Positions 30,573 through 32,000 of a DNA stretch of 32,000 bases are shown here, piece after piece. The stretch lies in contig NC_000916.1 of the NCBI RefSeq assembly GCF_000008645.1, forward strand, positions 360,001 through 392,000, given 5' to 3'. Positions within the stretch are counted from its first letter, which is position 1, and every line of letters begins with the position of its first letter. The translations under genes and the position numbers were made by a program. The DNA comes from Methanothermobacter thermautotrophicus str. Delta H (GTDB lineage: Archaea; Methanobacteriota; Methanobacteria; Methanobacteriales; Methanothermobacteraceae). Under the pieces are notes generated by a model that did not search any database, was not told the origin of the DNA, and was given only the letters and a program-made list of their open reading frames with translations.

Positions 30573-30617
30573 GACTTTGGGAGTTTATGAAAAAACATGA
30601 CACGCATGGAGGTGTGA

Positions 30618-31172
30618 TTGTTGTTTAGATTCAGAGATTTCACAACAGCTGATCTGGCCTTCACGGGCCTCATAATAGCCCTGATGTACATCGTTCAGAC
30701 GGTGACCATCCTTGGTGTTGCAGCCATAACACCTGTGGATGCATTCAAGTCGATTGCATCCGCCTTCTTTGTCTGCATCGTCATAAGCGTTGGACTTGCA
30801 AAGGTGGGAAAGATAGGCACCTTCACCCTGATAGGCCTTGTTAACGGGATAATCTGTGGACTCATAATGCCCGCATTCCTTCCCCTACTACCCGCGACCT
30901 TCCTGGGAGGCCTTGCAGCGGATGCCGCCGTCGGGTTGAAATACGGCGTCTACTCTTCAAGGAATTCCCTTCTAGTGGGCTGTGGTGTTGATAAGTTCAT
31001 CGAGACCCTCGTCATCCTCACGGTTCCCTTCCTCTTCGGGTTCTCCAGCTTCATGCTGGCACCGGCACTGATAATCATATCTGCCATAACAGTATCTGTC
31101 CTTGGAATGCTGGGTGCCCTTGTGGGTTACGGTATCATAAATGAGCTCAGAAGGGCCGGCGCCCTGGATTAA
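30618..31172 (+). CDS. Putative ECF transporter substrate-binding (S) component
   Basis: Six-TM-like 184-aa protein directly upstream of, and overlapping, a CbiQ-type T component; FTTADLAFTGLIIALMYIVQT...LPATFLGGLAADAAVG. Confidence 0.7.
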   Translation: MLFRFRDFTTADLAFTGLIIALMYIVQTVTILGVAAITPVDAFKSIASAFFVCIVISVGLAKVGKIGTFTLIGLVNGIICGLIMPAFLPLLPATFLGGLAADAAVGLKYGVYSSRNSLLVGCGVDKFIETLVILTVPFLFGFSSFMLAPALIIISAITVSVLGMLGALVGYGIINELRRAGALD

Positions 31173-31930
31173 TGTCTCATGGAGGTCTTTCATTGGACCT
31201 TAAGGCCGTGTTCTCACCATTCACATCAACCCCTGAGGGGTTCCTTGTGGAGGTAAACCCCCTCTCAAAGCTCACTGTGGTGGTATCCGCCACGCTACTG
31301 TCTACATTCATATCAGACCTGACTCTCCTGATAATCATGGGAGTCATTTTCACGGCACTGATAGCCCATTCAGGGTCCCTGAGGTTTGCAGCACCCTTCC
31401 TCTCATTCATCATCCTTTTCTGGCTGGTTTCCCTTGCCATTATCATGGTGCTCTCAGGTAACCCACACACCATGGGATTTCTGAGCCTCTTCTTCGCCCG
31501 TTTCTTCATAATATCAGCGGCAGGACTATCCTTTGCATTCACTACCGAGCCTCAGAAGCTTGCAGAGTCCCTCAGATCCGTCAGAATCCCCGGGGAGATA
31601 GTTTTCACACTCACAGTCGCCCTCAGATACATACCGGCCCTTGCAGTGGAGGCCTCCTCCATATGGGACTCCCTCAAACTCAGGACCAGTCTTTCAGGAT
31701 CTTCCATCATCAGGAGGCCTTCCCTCCTCTACAGGGGACTCATAATACCCATGATAATAAGGACTGTGAAGATTTCAGATGAGGTGGCCATCGCTGCAGA
31801 GACCAGGGGCTTTAACCCTCGTGAAGGTCCCGTAGGGAGTCTCATGTTAAGCGGGAGGGATATCACCTTTTTAGCATTCTTCACTGTTATCTTCGCATCC
31901 CTCGTGATAATGGATGGGGCGGTGGTCTGA
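31172..31930 (+). CDS. ECF transporter transmembrane (T) component, CbiQ/EcfT family
   Basis: VNPLSKLTVVVSATLLSTF...LAESLRSVRIPGEIVFTLTVALRYIPALAVEASSIWDSLKLR, 'AAETRGF' motif. Confidence 0.87.
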   Translation: MSHGGLSLDLKAVFSPFTSTPEGFLVEVNPLSKLTVVVSATLLSTFISDLTLLIIMGVIFTALIAHSGSLRFAAPFLSFIILFWLVSLAIIMVLSGNPHTMGFLSLFFARFFIISAAGLSFAFTTEPQKLAESLRSVRIPGEIVFTLTVALRYIPALAVEASSIWDSLKLRTSLSGSSIIRRPSLLYRGLIIPMIIRTVKISDEVAIAAETRGFNPREGPVGSLMLSGRDITFLAFFTVIFASLVIMDGAVV

Positions 31931-32000
31931 TTGGACGCAATCCTCCTTGATGGTGTGAGCTACCGGTACCCCAATCAGGAGCGGCTGGCCCTCAGGGACG
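31931..32000 (+). CDS. ECF transporter ATP-binding component, 5' end only (CbiO/EcfA-like)
   Basis: TTG start directly after the T-component stop; LDAILLDGVSYRYPNQERLALRD matches the N-terminus of ECF ATPases. Confidence 0.75.
   Translation, partial: MDAILLDGVSYRYPNQERLALRD

Noticed and set aside
1-32000. CRISPR array, tRNA/rRNA genes, transposase or integrase genes
   Set aside because: No regularly spaced repeats, no tRNA T-loop-like sequences in the spacers I read, and no recombinase or transposase motifs among the ORFs. The only repeats found are the short direct repeats at 12.6 kb.

Overview
The window looks like a chromosomal segment of a methanogenic archaeon, probably Methanothermobacter (inference from protein families, AGGTGA ribosome-binding sites and TATA-box promoters). 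Main blocks, left to right: (1) about 0-8.3 kb: the C-terminal part of an archaeal prepilin-peptidase-like protein, then a cluster of secreted or membrane-anchored proteins, most with class III (type IV pilin-like) N-termini. Two are canonical (RGQ[VI]S.E[YF]) and four are diverged. One carries an in-frame TGA. (2) 8.3-12.5 kb: housekeeping genes (Dph6-like, UPF0201, UPF0200, phosphopantothenate synthetase, M42 peptidase). (3) 12.7-14.8 kb and 22-26.3 kb: a signal-transduction island (KaiC-like ATPase, REC-PAS regulator, two histidine kinases, a single-domain REC, a REC-output regulator) on both sides of a divergent uvrC / uvrB-uvrA nucleotide excision repair locus. (4) A DUF763 gene broken by a -1 frameshift in a G run, a GT4-type glycosyltransferase, a fused ChlI/ChlD-type chelatase subunit, and the start of an ECF transporter operon. 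No tRNA, rRNA, CRISPR or mobile element was recognised. The best candidates for something undescribed are the pilin-like surface-structure cluster and the paralogous regulator output domains, one Cys-rich and one that has lost all four cysteines.
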